Origin: a virus
Lineage: Duplodnaviria; Caudoviricetes
Direction: 5' to 3' (one strand)
Length of the DNA stretch: 46,899 bases
IMG/VR virus record: IMGVR_UViG_3300030433_000503
Span: 1-46,899 of that record
The first letter of the stretch is position 1; every line of letters starts with the position of its first letter. Below are positions 20,733-30,821 of this stretch, piece by piece. A program made the translations under genes and the position numbers. The notes beneath the pieces were generated by a model. That model searched no databases. It worked only from the letters and a program-made list of their open reading frames with translations, and was not told the DNA's origin.

Positions 20733-20956
20733 TAATACTCTAAATCGTATTCAATTGATATAGCCATGTTAGAATTAAACTTTTTCCACGGCAATACTTC
20801 ATTGTTTTTCTTTATATAAATGTTATAAGAACTATCAGAATCTTCAAATAAAATATGTGATATTTCATGGCCACCATAAACTTGTTGGCCAACTGCGTAA
20901 TGCATTGCATCATTTTTATAATCAGTTCCAATACTGATTTTTCTAATGTTATGCAT
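20732..20956 (-). CDS. Hypothetical protein
   Basis: 74 aa, translationally coupled to neighbours. Confidence 0.7.
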   Translation of the reverse strand: MHNIRKISIGTDYKNDAMHYAVGQQVYGGHEISHILFEDSDSSYNIYIKKNNEVLPWKKFNSNMAISIEYDLEY

Positions 20957-21197
20957 CTTTTTCTTCTTCCTTTATTTCTTCATAAGTACCATTAGCTAAA
21001 TTAATATTAACTTTACCGTACTCTTCTTCTAGTTCTAGTTTTGTTTTTTCAATTTCTTCACTAATATTTTTAACTTGTTGTGCTAAATTGTGTTTTTGTA
21101 CTTCTAAAACACCAATATTAGTTAAGACATCATTTAATCTTTTTTGTTGATCAGTTATTTTTTTTAACTGATGATCTGTTATTTTTTTAACTTCCAT
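20949..21197 (-). CDS. Small coiled-coil protein
   Basis: 82 aa with heptad pattern, ending YGKVNINLANGTY; first gene after a class II promoter. Confidence 0.7.
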   Translation of the reverse strand: MEVKKITDHQLKKITDQQKRLNDVLTNIGVLEVQKHNLAQQVKNISEEIEKTKLELEEEYGKVNINLANGTYEEIKEEEKDA

Positions 21198-21232
21198 TTT
21201 ATTTTAATTTAATTTAATTACTATATATTTAA

Positions 21233-21260
21233 ATAGTTACACTATTTTTTAGTGTTTTAC
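21233..21260 (-). promoter_or_regulatory. Class II promoter motif
   Basis: GTAA-N16-GTAACTAT. Confidence 0.7.
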
Positions 21261-21604
21261 TCTTCTTCTTCTTCCGGTGGAGTAGGTTCTACTTCTGCAG
21301 TTATCGGCCAACCTAAAAATCCATGTACTGGATTTGTTGGATATACTTCGTTACTACCAAAGTCTAATGTGTCAGTAGTCATAATATCATAGCACCAACC
21401 TGGATAATATACTGGATTATCTGGATCAGTTGTTTTTGATTCATCTATTACTTTACCAATGTTAACTACAGCTTGCGTACCGTTAGTATATACCATCTGA
21501 GTAACACCTTCTTCTGTTACCTCAGCCCACACACCTGCAGCTACTAATGCTGCTTTACCCACAGCTTCATCTGCAAAATTTGTTTTATAAATTTGTATAC
21601 TCAT
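21257..21604 (-). CDS. Fibre-associated protein (chaperone or tip)
   Basis: 115 aa after the fibre genes; YPGWCYDIM...PTNPVHGFLG motif. Confidence 0.55.
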   Translation of the reverse strand: MSIQIYKTNFADEAVGKAALVAAGVWAEVTEEGVTQMVYTNGTQAVVNIGKVIDESKTTDPDNPVYYPGWCYDIMTTDTLDFGSNEVYPTNPVHGFLGWPITAEVEPTPPEEEEE

Positions 21605-21605
21605 T

Positions 21606-23336
21606 TTATGTTATATTATTTGTTAATTCTGCCATTTCAGAATCTGTTAATGTTCTTCTAAATACTTTTACATCTTTAACTCTTCCGTAAAAATTATTAC
21701 CTGTAGATCCATCGTATGGTATAAAACCAAATTTATCTAATTTACCGTTAAACGTAAAAGTAGAGTTGTTTGTAAAACTTTGTGAACCATTTACAAAAGC
21801 AGTAATTTCACCTGTTTTATATCTTATAGCTACTTTAGCAAACTTATTTAAGGTTTCTGTTGTTGTTAAGTTTATACTATTAGACATCGCGTTTACACTA
21901 GCTGCTCTTACTTGAAAACTCCAATTTGAACCACCGCCTCTAAATAATAACAACCTATTATTAGAACTACTTTCCTGCGAAATACCTATACTTGTTTGAT
22001 TTGGATTTGCAAATCCTAACTCTGTAAACTCTACATACATTGTTCCTTCTTGGTTATTAAAAACCCCTCTTTGACCTGCGTTATCACACAATTCTACATT
22101 TCGAGTTACTGTAGAATTAAATGTTGGTATGTAGCTTGTGCAATAGCCTGTTGTTTCAGCTTGTACACCAAACATATATAAAAAATTACTTCCATCTCGT
22201 GTAATGTTAAAATTACTACTTAATGTAGCCATACCAATAACAAAACTACCTTGAACATCTGTTGTTGTTAGATTACTAATAGAGCATCTGTACCATCCAT
22301 TACCATAGTTTTCTATTTTTATATTAGAATGATTTACACTAGCTGATGAAACAGTTCCTGTATTAAGATTGAAAAAAGTTTGTCCATTTGCTGAAGCATC
22401 AAACCCACCTGTACTTAAATAAGCAAAATCAGTTGAGCCTTTTTTAAGAAAAATAGAAAAAGTATTAGTATCTCCACTTGTTACGGTTGTAGCGTAATAA
22501 GCTAATTGAGAAGCTCCAATAGAACCATCATTGTTATCAGTAAGTTTCCAACTACTATTAGTACCATCAGGAACAGTAATACTACTAGCTGTTAATACAG
22601 AATTATTAGCATTTGGACTACTACTACCATCAAATATATCTCCTTTAGTAAAATTATTAGAATAAGTAGCTGTGTTTGTTGACTGCGGCTCAAGCAATAA
22701 ACTTGGTTTTTGTAATTCTTTTGCTTTACCTATTTCTGTAAGATAATCTATTCTAGGTACATTTAAATTAACTTCTTTTAAAGATATATTAGTTATATAA
22801 AAACTACTATCATTACTAGCTGCATTTAAAGCATTAAAATGAAAAACATTGCCATTTGGTCCATCAGGAGAAGCATAAATCACGTAATCACCATCTTTAA
22901 ACTGAGTATAAGTAAAAAATTTACTACTAGCGTTAGAAAGAACCCACAATGCAAATCTAGCAAATTTACCTGGTTCTACTCCAGAAATAGTAAATTTTAT
23001 TTGATATGTTTTTGAAGCGTCTGTTACAAGAGTCTGTTTTAATCTTTGCGAATTTATTGTTTCATCATAAAAAGCTTTTCCATTAGCTATACTCCATGCT
23101 GGATCAATGTCCCAGTCAGTAGAACCATTACTAAAATCTCCATTAGTAACTAATTCTGTATCACTAACACCAGATACTTTTATGGTACCATTACAGTCTA
23201 CATATGTAGCTAATGTATTTCTTGTAAAATCTAATGGCTGAGGTATAAATGTTTCATGATCTGTAAAGTCACACGAAAGAACGTTACCAGATTTTGTTGC
23301 TGGTTTATTTGGTACTTCAAAATAATCTTTTAGCAT
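21606..23336 (-). CDS. Head-spike fibre-like protein, paralog 3
   Basis: DFTRNTLAT, PRIDY, LLLEPQSTN, YGNGWYRCS, TSYIPT..TVTR, LamG/ConA-like C-terminus, CBM-like NGDF insert. Confidence 0.65.
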   Translation of the reverse strand: MLKDYFEVPNKPATKSGNVLSCDFTDHETFIPQPLDFTRNTLATYVDCNGTIKVSGVSDTELVTNGDFSNGSTDWDIDPAWSIANGKAFYDETINSQRLKQTLVTDASKTYQIKFTISGVEPGKFARFALWVLSNASSKFFTYTQFKDGDYVIYASPDGPNGNVFHFNALNAASNDSSFYITNISLKEVNLNVPRIDYLTEIGKAKELQKPSLLLEPQSTNTATYSNNFTKGDIFDGSSSPNANNSVLTASSITVPDGTNSSWKLTDNNDGSIGASQLAYYATTVTSGDTNTFSIFLKKGSTDFAYLSTGGFDASANGQTFFNLNTGTVSSASVNHSNIKIENYGNGWYRCSISNLTTTDVQGSFVIGMATLSSNFNITRDGSNFLYMFGVQAETTGYCTSYIPTFNSTVTRNVELCDNAGQRGVFNNQEGTMYVEFTELGFANPNQTSIGISQESSSNNRLLLFRGGGSNWSFQVRAASVNAMSNSINLTTTETLNKFAKVAIRYKTGEITAFVNGSQSFTNNSTFTFNGKLDKFGFIPYDGSTGNNFYGRVKDVKVFRRTLTDSEMAELTNNIT

Positions 23337-25393
23337 GGTATTGTATAGTTTCCTAACGCTGCCACCATACCAGAGTATGCTGAGTATTGCGTTGATGTTA
23401 TTGTATATAATTCTGTGTCTGTAAGCGCTCTGTTATAAGTAGCTAAACTTTTTGTTTTTCCGTAGAAAAAATCACCTGTGTTACCTCCTTTATCAAAATC
23501 AACACTTGAAAGTTGAGATAATGTAAAAGCTTGTGTTCCTATTTGTACTTGTACGCCGTCAATAAATAAAGCACAATCTCCTGTTTTAAATTTATAAGCT
23601 ACTTTGTGAAAATCTCTAATGTCTGTAACATCAAAATTTAAATTATTTACAGCACTTCCACCATCCCTTATTAAACCATTAATTCTATTAGTAGTTGTTC
23701 TAAACCTAATTACAACAGCTTCATTATCTGTGCCGTCATTTATTGATATACTTCTAAAAGTTAAATCATCAGCAAGCGCAGCTATTTCTGCATATAAAAC
23801 ACCCTCTGTACTATTAAAAGTATTTGCATTTCCAGCACTTGTACAAGTTTCAGCTACACGAGTTCCTGTAACTCCTGCTGTGGGTATGTAAGATGTTGGA
23901 TAACTTTGTATTTCAAATTGAGCTCCATAAACAAATGTCCCTTTAGTTCCATCACCTGTTACAAAAGCTGTATTATCTGCACTTGCTAGCTGTAGTCTAA
24001 CTCTACCGCTACCTGTTCCTGTAGCTGTTCTTGTAGCTGAACATCTATACCAACCATTTCCATAGTCTTCAATTTTTGCTGTTATACCAGCTTCAACTGT
24101 ACCTAAAGTTCCATTACTAATATTATACCAAGCACTAGCAGCGGTAAAAACACCACCTGTTGCTGTGAATCTCAAGTGAAAATAATCATAATCTAATTTT
24201 TTAACAAAACAAGATATAGTAACGTCATCTCCAGATGTTACACTTATTAATGTTGAATTATATATATATTGTTCACTAGTTGCGTTTGCTGAAACTAAAG
24301 TGTCTGCGTTTTGTATTCCTTCTGGAGATATTGTTTGATTTGAATTAACAGTACCACCTCCTTGAATAAACCAATAACTTTGCGCAAAATCTTCACTAAA
24401 TTTAAAAGAATTAGTAGACTGCGGTTCAAGTAAAAGATGTGGACAAGTTGGATTGATTGGATCGTAATCTAATCTTGGTCTATCGCCTTGTACTTCTACT
24501 AAAGATATATTGTCTATTGAGAAAGAAGTTCCACTTGTATTGCCATAAAAAGCTAAAGTGCTTTGGTTAGATGGCATATCAAACACAGTAATATGATTAC
24601 CATTTGTAAATGCTCTATAACTTAAACCCTCATAATTTACATTACCTACACTATTCCCAATCCAAATATTTGCATTTGCTGAAGCATCAGATATAGTAAA
24701 TGTTAATTTATATTTTTTTCCACTCGTTAATGTTAACCCTGATTGATATATAGCACTTGTTAGTGTATCATCAAAATTACCTTTATCAGTAATATCCCAA
24801 GCTACTCCGACACTCCAATCATCATCTGGATCAACTTGTTTTAATGATACGTTGTCTATTTTTCCTGTAAAATTTGTAAAACCTTTAAATCTAAAATTTA
24901 TACTCGCCGCGTTTGCTACAAAATATTGAGTAAATGTTCCGTTTTTATTTCTTGTTTCCAAGTTTTGTACAGGGTTACCACCTCCTGATAATTGAGGTCT
25001 CACACTGCCTGATACATAATCGCTAATAGTATATACTAATTTATAAGTTTTATTTGCTATAAAGGAAATACCTGTTTGTGATAATAAATTATTAGTAACA
25101 TTATTAGCAACAGCTTTACCATTACTTATACTCCAACCATCTCCTTTAGTCCAATTACTATCTGTAGCAAAATCTCCGTTAGTTATTAACTCTGGTCCTA
25201 ATTCACTAAAGTTTCCATTTCTAACTAACTCATCAGAAAAATAACCTACATTTTCTATTAATCCTTGATGATTAACACGAGTTGCCGCAGAAGCTCTAGA
25301 AAATTGAAAGTCTGTATCAATTCTATTAGGAAGTATGTTATGAACGCGCGAGTCTGACACTGCGCTAGGTAGCATTAATAATCCTGGTTTCAT
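23330..25393 (-). CDS. Head-spike fibre-like protein, paralog 2
   Basis: FSRASAATRVN, PRLDY, LLLEPQSTN, YGNGWYRCS, TSYIPT, LamG-like end; two CBM-like inserts. Confidence 0.65.
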   Translation of the reverse strand: MKPGLLMLPSAVSDSRVHNILPNRIDTDFQFSRASAATRVNHQGLIENVGYFSDELVRNGNFSELGPELITNGDFATDSNWTKGDGWSISNGKAVANNVTNNLLSQTGISFIANKTYKLVYTISDYVSGSVRPQLSGGGNPVQNLETRNKNGTFTQYFVANAASINFRFKGFTNFTGKIDNVSLKQVDPDDDWSVGVAWDITDKGNFDDTLTSAIYQSGLTLTSGKKYKLTFTISDASANANIWIGNSVGNVNYEGLSYRAFTNGNHITVFDMPSNQSTLAFYGNTSGTSFSIDNISLVEVQGDRPRLDYDPINPTCPHLLLEPQSTNSFKFSEDFAQSYWFIQGGGTVNSNQTISPEGIQNADTLVSANATSEQYIYNSTLISVTSGDDVTISCFVKKLDYDYFHLRFTATGGVFTAASAWYNISNGTLGTVEAGITAKIEDYGNGWYRCSATRTATGTGSGRVRLQLASADNTAFVTGDGTKGTFVYGAQFEIQSYPTSYIPTAGVTGTRVAETCTSAGNANTFNSTEGVLYAEIAALADDLTFRSISINDGTDNEAVVIRFRTTTNRINGLIRDGGSAVNNLNFDVTDIRDFHKVAYKFKTGDCALFIDGVQVQIGTQAFTLSQLSSVDFDKGGNTGDFFYGKTKSLATYNRALTDTELYTITSTQYSAYSGMVAALGNYTIPC

Positions 25394-27696
25394 AAAAATC
25401 TAGTTATATCGTGTTCCGTGCATTGTAATTCTTGATCAGCACCTATCATTTGCATTCTGCTTCTATATGGTATAAATAAATCGTGGTTGTTATACGATGT
25501 AAGGTTTGCAAGTTCTATATCTGTTAAAGCTGTTTTATATACTGCTATAGCATTTAAATCACCTCTGTATTCAGCTGAATTTGCATTAACTCCATTTGAA
25601 AAATGTAATCTATCTAGTCCAACTGGCATTGCTACAGTATTAGCTTGTATTCTTTTAATTCCGTCTACAAATACCGCGCAATTATTTAGTTTGTATTTAA
25701 CTGCTATTTTATGTTTTTGAGTAATATCAATACCATCAACATTACCGTTTAAACCACCACCAGCAGTACTTTGTATAAAACCTACAACTCTATAACTTGC
25801 TGTGTTTGGGTATGATATTACAACTCTATTTTGACCATTACCAGCATTTATACTAATACTTCTAGCAACAGCGTTATTAACTAAAGCTTTAGTTTCTATA
25901 AATAAAACACCTTCACTATCATTAAAAGTATCTGTAGTACCTAAACCAGAATTAATAGCTTTGTCTTCATTTCGTGTTACAGTTGAACCTTTTGTGTGTA
26001 TTAAAGATGTTACATAGCCAGCTTGCTCAACTTGTCTACCGTATATTAAAAACTTTGCATTTAAAACACCAGTACTAAAACTAGAAGAACTTGTGCCCGC
26101 TGTCATACCTAACCATTTAATACCACTTTTTGATGCGGCCGAGCCTGTTAATATAGTACAAGTAATTCTATACCAATTATTTTTGTGAGCTATTATTTCA
26201 CAATTATAAATATTAGTTGCTGATTGTGAAAAAGCTCCATTGCTTGAAACGCCTATAAAAGTACCGGTATTTAAATTAAATTTAGCGTATTGATTACCTA
26301 TATCTTGTTGATAAAAACCTAAACCAAAAAAATCTCCTGTAACTTTTTTTACATAACAACTTACAGAATAAACAGTTGTATTTGAAGTTGCAACACTTTC
26401 TACTCTTGGTTGACCTGTAGCAATAACTTCAATTTCTTCTGCATTGTTTATACCTTCAGGAGATAAATTATTAGATGAATTAATTTGTAAATTTAACAGA
26501 ACGTTACCTGATAAAGCGTTGGCTACGCTGTTTGAATTATTTACTAAATTTGTTCTTTGCGGCTCGGTTAAAAGCGATGGACAACCACCATATGTAGGAT
26601 AATTTAATCTTGGTAAATTTACTATATCAGTTGTTGGTAAATAATATTTTGTTTTATCGCCTTTTACTACTTGCGCGCCCCATATAAAAGCACTTAAAGT
26701 AGCAGCTCCAGCATTTGTAAGTCCATCACCTTCAGAAGGTGCTATAAAAACAGAGTTAAATGGTGAATTTTGATATGCCACAAAAGTATTGGCAATACGA
26801 TACCAACCGTTTCCAGCGTCTACTATTGTAGCTGATTCAGAGTTTACCGTACCAACAGCAATATTATCTAAATCAAACCAAGCACCCGTTTGAGCACTTG
26901 ATATGTGAGCTAATCTTATCCATCTTATAGAACTTATATTTTCTTTTTTAACAAAAACAGAAACAGTATATGTTTGACCTATTCGTAAAGACAATGAATT
27001 AGGTCTTATAAGACAAGGACCTGAACCTCCAGTTGTAATTAAAGCACCTTTAAAGGTATTTTTAGGAGACATTGTTTTATCAACTTCTACTGTCAGTGTT
27101 TGAAGACCCCAGTCGCCGTCAAAATTTTCACTATCTTCAATTAAATTATAAGGCACATCTTCTATATAACCTTCTTCATTAATTCTAGTTCCAGTGGTAG
27201 CGCGTGTAAATTCGAAGTCAGATCCTTGAATTTCTTCTTTTAAAGTTATATTAGAATAAGTAGTTGTACCTGCTGTATTATTAGATGCTCTAAAAAATAT
27301 ATTTGTAGTAGTAGAATCTGCTGTAAAACTTAACTCTAATCTTGTATCACTTGTGTTTAAATTAATATTAACACTACCTGAGTTTATATAAATACCACCT
27401 GCGCCTAACTCTCCTGTTGCGTTCGCTTTAAATAAATATCTTCTACCTACTATTGTAGTTGCACTAAATCTTGCACCTTGATTACCTCCACTTGTTACAA
27501 TAACTAATTTTTCATCTACAACATTTCTTGATACAGCTGTGTTATAACCAAACCATCCTGTTAAAGTTGCCACATCTGTTCCATCAGCAACTCCGTTAAA
27601 TTGTGTAACAATTTCTGGACCAAATACAGTAGGTCCACTATATAAAATACCGTCTCCATACATACTGGGAACTGTTAATACTGAAGGTGTTGCCAT
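25390..27696 (-). CDS. Head-spike fibre-like protein, paralog 1
   Basis: FTRATTGTRIN, PRLNY, LLTEPQRTN, GNGWYRI, LamG-like end. Confidence 0.65.
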   Translation of the reverse strand: MATPSVLTVPSMYGDGILYSGPTVFGPEIVTQFNGVADGTDVATLTGWFGYNTAVSRNVVDEKLVIVTSGGNQGARFSATTIVGRRYLFKANATGELGAGGIYINSGSVNINLNTSDTRLELSFTADSTTTNIFFRASNNTAGTTTYSNITLKEEIQGSDFEFTRATTGTRINEEGYIEDVPYNLIEDSENFDGDWGLQTLTVEVDKTMSPKNTFKGALITTGGSGPCLIRPNSLSLRIGQTYTVSVFVKKENISSIRWIRLAHISSAQTGAWFDLDNIAVGTVNSESATIVDAGNGWYRIANTFVAYQNSPFNSVFIAPSEGDGLTNAGAATLSAFIWGAQVVKGDKTKYYLPTTDIVNLPRLNYPTYGGCPSLLTEPQRTNLVNNSNSVANALSGNVLLNLQINSSNNLSPEGINNAEEIEVIATGQPRVESVATSNTTVYSVSCYVKKVTGDFFGLGFYQQDIGNQYAKFNLNTGTFIGVSSNGAFSQSATNIYNCEIIAHKNNWYRITCTILTGSAASKSGIKWLGMTAGTSSSSFSTGVLNAKFLIYGRQVEQAGYVTSLIHTKGSTVTRNEDKAINSGLGTTDTFNDSEGVLFIETKALVNNAVARSISINAGNGQNRVVISYPNTASYRVVGFIQSTAGGGLNGNVDGIDITQKHKIAVKYKLNNCAVFVDGIKRIQANTVAMPVGLDRLHFSNGVNANSAEYRGDLNAIAVYKTALTDIELANLTSYNNHDLFIPYRSRMQMIGADQELQCTEHDITRFL

Positions 27697-27869
27697 TATA
27701 TGTGTGTTGTACGGTTTACATAATTATTGTAACAGTTTTCGCTTTCAATTTGGTTTGTTATATAACCAAACTTATCTTTATCTATTACTACTCTATTTCT
27801 TAGTTGAGTTACTAAGTCATTATAGGAATTTCCTCCACGCTTTTGCGTGACGCCTATAGATATATTCAT
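27696..27869 (-). CDS. Small protein (57 aa), possible spike anchor/adaptor
   Basis: Below the ORF-track cutoff: MNISIGVTQKRGGNSYNDLVTQLRNRV...; fills the gap exactly, and its stop overlaps the next ATG. Confidence 0.65.
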   Translation of the reverse strand: MNISIGVTQKRGGNSYNDLVTQLRNRVVIDKDKFGYITNQIESENCYNNYVNRTTHI

Positions 27870-27870
27870 G

Positions 27871-28374
27871 CTATCTTAATGCTAATAAGTTGCTAGCTGT
27901 AGTGTTTGTTGCTAATACTCTTTTTACTTGTATTGGTAAGAAAGATCCTGATACTACATTTTGAAATAAATGTTTTTCAGTACCTACTCCTGCTGTCATC
28001 ATAACTTCAATATCACCACCTGTTCCTACATATACATTTAAATCTGTACCACCAGCAGAATTATTACTTTGGTATATTTCATATGTATTTCCAACAGCAG
28101 CCATAATAGCTGTATCTAGTGTTATAGTGTTAGCGTCAACAACTTGTAATACTTTAGCAACAGCATTCGTCGATGTATTATAAACTACATCACCGCCATT
28201 TACGTTATAACCATTTGGATTAGTAGCTGAATTTAAAAAATCATTAGATGAATCTTTTAATGTTACACCTGTAGTACCAGTAGTTGAAGTACCACTAGTT
28301 TTAATCCCTGGCTCTGGTAAATTTATATTATCGTTAGGTATTATTTTAACTGCGTTAATTGATTGGTTAGCCAT
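27871..28374 (-). CDS. Head-spike base protein (RcGTA Rcc01079-like)
   Basis: C-terminal VYVGTGGDIEV...FQNVVSGSFLPIQVKRVLATNTTASNLLAL signature; internal beta insert. Confidence 0.65.
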   Translation of the reverse strand: MANQSINAVKIIPNDNINLPEPGIKTSGTSTTGTTGVTLKDSSNDFLNSATNPNGYNVNGGDVVYNTSTNAVAKVLQVVDANTITLDTAIMAAVGNTYEIYQSNNSAGGTDLNVYVGTGGDIEVMMTAGVGTEKHLFQNVVSGSFLPIQVKRVLATNTTASNLLALR

Positions 28375-28377
28375 TTT

Positions 28378-28833
28378 TTATTTTTGTTTAAATATATTAC
28401 TTGCCTTTTCTGTCGTACGTCCGCCAAAATAGGCTAAGACTACTGCCATCATTACTTTTTCAAACGTATCGTTCCATAATTCATTTATATGAAATGGTAT
28501 AGTTTCAACACTATCTAATATTCCAGCTAATGAAAATATACATATACACCACACTAAAACTAGTGGACGTACGTTTTTCGACATCCATGAATCAGACATC
28601 GAGTCTGCCTGCCATCTTGAAGTGATAGCTTCTATTTCTTTATTTTGTTGTTCAAATATTATTTGTTGTAATTTTACTTTATCTTCAGCAGGTGCATCTG
28701 ATTTAGTAATAGCTTCAATAGCTTCTTTTGGAGATGTTACGCCTTGCAATACACTACCTAATGTAGGGTTTATTGCTGATGCTGCCCCGAACAATATTTG
28801 ACCAACAGTTGTGTCTTTAAATTTTTTACTCAT
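28378..28833 (-). CDS. Holin (GTA 3TM holin-like)
   Basis: SDSWMSKNVRP followed by TM segments and AYFGGRTTEK; start placed at the ATGA overlap (28833). Confidence 0.7.
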   Translation of the reverse strand: MSKKFKDTTVGQILFGAASAINPTLGSVLQGVTSPKEAIEAITKSDAPAEDKVKLQQIIFEQQNKEIEAITSRWQADSMSDSWMSKNVRPLVLVWCICIFSLAGILDSVETIPFHINELWNDTFEKVMMAVVLAYFGGRTTEKASNIFKQK

Positions 28834-29138
28834 GCTTTTCTGTATGCTTCTGCTTCCCAAGGTAAATTTTTAGCTCCTTCTTTCATTTGAGCTCTTGAGT
28901 ATTTTTTACCTTTCCAATATACATAATTATCATCATAATCAAGATCTCCTCTACGCATTTGATCTATATGAACTCGTTCATGCGCTATAACTTCTGGTAT
29001 TTGATGAGGTTTTAAATCTTTATTTAAAATGATAGTTCCATTGTTATTAGCTTTACCCATAACACCTGCTTCCATATCTACATGATATACTGGAGTATTG
29101 TCAATTTTATATGGAGGGTTTGTTAATTTAAAAGCCAT
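28830..29138 (-). CDS. Small HExxH zinc metallopeptidase-like protein
   Basis: VIAHERVHIDQ and downstream PWEAEAY third ligand. Confidence 0.7.
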   Translation of the reverse strand: MAFKLTNPPYKIDNTPVYHVDMEAGVMGKANNNGTIILNKDLKPHQIPEVIAHERVHIDQMRRGDLDYDDNYVYWKGKKYSRAQMKEGAKNLPWEAEAYRKA

Positions 29139-29140
29139 AA

Positions 29141-29284
29141 TTATTTTTTATAAGGAAATATTTTATTTAACGCGTCTCTGCGTTTACCGCATCCGCAGCC
29201 ACCGGGTATGCTATCAGCTAGCTTTTTAATCCCGGTAGCTTTGGTGAAGTTTTCAATTGTGTCTCCTAATCCTTTAGGTTTCAT
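29141..29284 (-). CDS. Small protein (47 aa), GLGDT...CGC..R...LN type
   Basis: MKPKGLGDTIENFTKATGIKKLADSIPGGCGCGKRRDALNKIFPYKK; fills the intergenic gap. Confidence 0.75.
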   Translation of the reverse strand: MKPKGLGDTIENFTKATGIKKLADSIPGGCGCGKRRDALNKIFPYKK

Positions 29285-29287
29285 AGA

Positions 29288-29578
29288 TTATGCTACAACA
29301 ATATCAGTTATTTTTACACCTGTACTATTTTGTACAATTGCTAAAGGTCCTCCTGGGTTTGCAGTAGCTGCAGAAATAAATTGATTTGCCCACTCTTTAC
29401 CTTTTGCTGTAGTAGTAAATAAATAACTTTTACCTCCAGCATAAACTGTCCATTTGTTAGCATCAGCAGTTCCGTTTGCTAATCCTTGATAAACAGCTTC
29501 AACATTTGAAAGTATTACGTCTGAAAGCTGATTAGCGACGTTAATGTCTGCAGCTTTAATTTTAATGTAACTTGCCAT
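29288..29578 (-). CDS. Small structural protein (possible capsid auxiliary protein)
   Basis: 96 aa, Ala/Thr-rich, with a long structured leader. Confidence 0.55.
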   Translation of the reverse strand: MASYIKIKAADINVANQLSDVILSNVEAVYQGLANGTADANKWTVYAGGKSYLFTTTAKGKEWANQFISAATANPGGPLAIVQNSTGVKITDIVVA

Positions 29579-29585
29579 AATTTTA

Positions 29586-29609
29586 AATGTTAATGTTAAT
29601 GTTAATGTT
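29586..29609 (-). repeat. (AACATT)4 tandem repeat in 5' leader
   Basis: Four exact hexamers just upstream of ATG 29578. Confidence 0.8.
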
Positions 29610-29636
29610 TATTGAGTTTTATACAGCTCTCTACTG

Positions 29637-29999
29637 TTATTTGTGATCCATTTTAGGTCTCATGTCTTCCGTTTTTTTAGGAGCAGCGTCTCTAGGTTTT
29701 CCTGATTTAAAATGTGAATCAAAAAATTTATCATCTCCAAATTTTTTACCATCGTGAGCTTCCATAGGACTGGTATGACCACTGTTCATAGGTGTACCAT
29801 AATTGATATTTGATTTATAGTGTTTAGCTATCCATGGTCTATCTCCTGCAGCAGTTCTTGCTACTGGATTATCATCCATAAGGTTTTTTCTTTCTTGCTT
29901 AGCTGACTCCATATGTGGCGCACCGCTATGCATTGGCATACCGTGATTTTTATTCATAGGCATACCTTTCATTTTGTTACTTGAATCGTAATTAGGCAT
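29637..29999 (-). CDS. Low-complexity hypothetical protein (Met/His/Lys-rich)
   Basis: 120 aa; SPM/TPM motifs. Confidence 0.65.
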   Translation of the reverse strand: MPNYDSSNKMKGMPMNKNHGMPMHSGAPHMESAKQERKNLMDDNPVARTAAGDRPWIAKHYKSNINYGTPMNSGHTSPMEAHDGKKFGDDKFFDSHFKSGKPRDAAPKKTEDMRPKMDHK

Positions 30000-30020
30000 A
30001 ATATTATTTTTTATTAGTTA

Positions 30021-30299
30021 TTAATTCATGCAGTGCTTTTGCGCCGCTGCGTTTCTTTTTGCTTTTTTATCTTCTATTTCTTGTTTTCTGCGAGCATCAT
30101 CTTCATAACCATCTGGGTTGTCGTAACCTTCTTTTTTAGCTGGTGAATCATGATCGTGTCTAAGATTTTCTAAATAGTGTAATCTTGCAGAGTCTGTTAA
30201 ATTTTTATTATATGCTTCTTTAGCATCATAGTCTTCATCTCTTTTCTTTGAAAACTTAGAGTTTCCACTGTATTGTCCGTAATATCCTTTATGTCCCAT
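30021..30299 (-). CDS. Hypothetical protein
   Basis: 92 aa, charged; SPAK motif. Confidence 0.65.
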   Translation of the reverse strand: MGHKGYYGQYSGNSKFSKKRDEDYDAKEAYNKNLTDSARLHYLENLRHDHDSPAKKEGYDNPDGYEDDARRKQEIEDKKAKRNAAAQKHCMN

Positions 30300-30312
30300 A
30301 TTTTATTTTTTA

Positions 30313-30597
30313 TTAATCACAAAATCTTTTATCGTTATTTTTTTTACACCACTCGTCATAAGCAGTTATGTCTGCATTTGGATATGCTTCTTTAAATTTT
30401 TCTTTTTTAGATTTATTATCACCATATTTAACTTCTGGTGTATCTATTATATTAGCCGTAGCCTGAGCTATTTTATTAAACATATCTGAATACATTTTAC
30501 CTGTTGGTACATAGTAAGCGCCTTTAACATCAGCGCCACCTACATAACCCCCTTGTTTAAAAGGTGTATTACTTGCAAATTTTTCTGAAAAACTCAT
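30313..30597 (-). CDS. Hypothetical protein
   Basis: 94 aa; NTPFKQ motif. Confidence 0.65.
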   Translation of the reverse strand: MSFSEKFASNTPFKQGGYVGGADVKGAYYVPTGKMYSDMFNKIAQATANIIDTPEVKYGDNKSKKEKFKEAYPNADITAYDEWCKKNNDKRFCD

Positions 30598-30600
30598 GTT

Positions 30601-30819
30601 TTATTTTTTTGAACAACCAAAGTTTTTAGCATAGTTAGCCATTTTTACTACTGATGCACTATAATTATCTTTTTTAGCCATAACAGCGCTAGCTGCTTCG
30701 CATGTTGATTTACCTGGCATATTTTTCTTTACCCAAGCTGTAAATTTTCCTTTGTTTTTTTCTTTTATTTCAGGAAATTTTTCCTGTAAAAAAGGACTAT
30801 TGTATTGTAAATATCCCAT
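30601..30819 (-). CDS. Hypothetical basic protein
   Basis: 72 aa; IKEKNKGKFTAW...KMANYAKN; NSPFLQ motif. Confidence 0.65.
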   Translation of the reverse strand: MGYLQYNSPFLQEKFPEIKEKNKGKFTAWVKKNMPGKSTCEAASAVMAKKDNYSASVVKMANYAKNFGCSKK

Positions 30820-30821
30820 GA

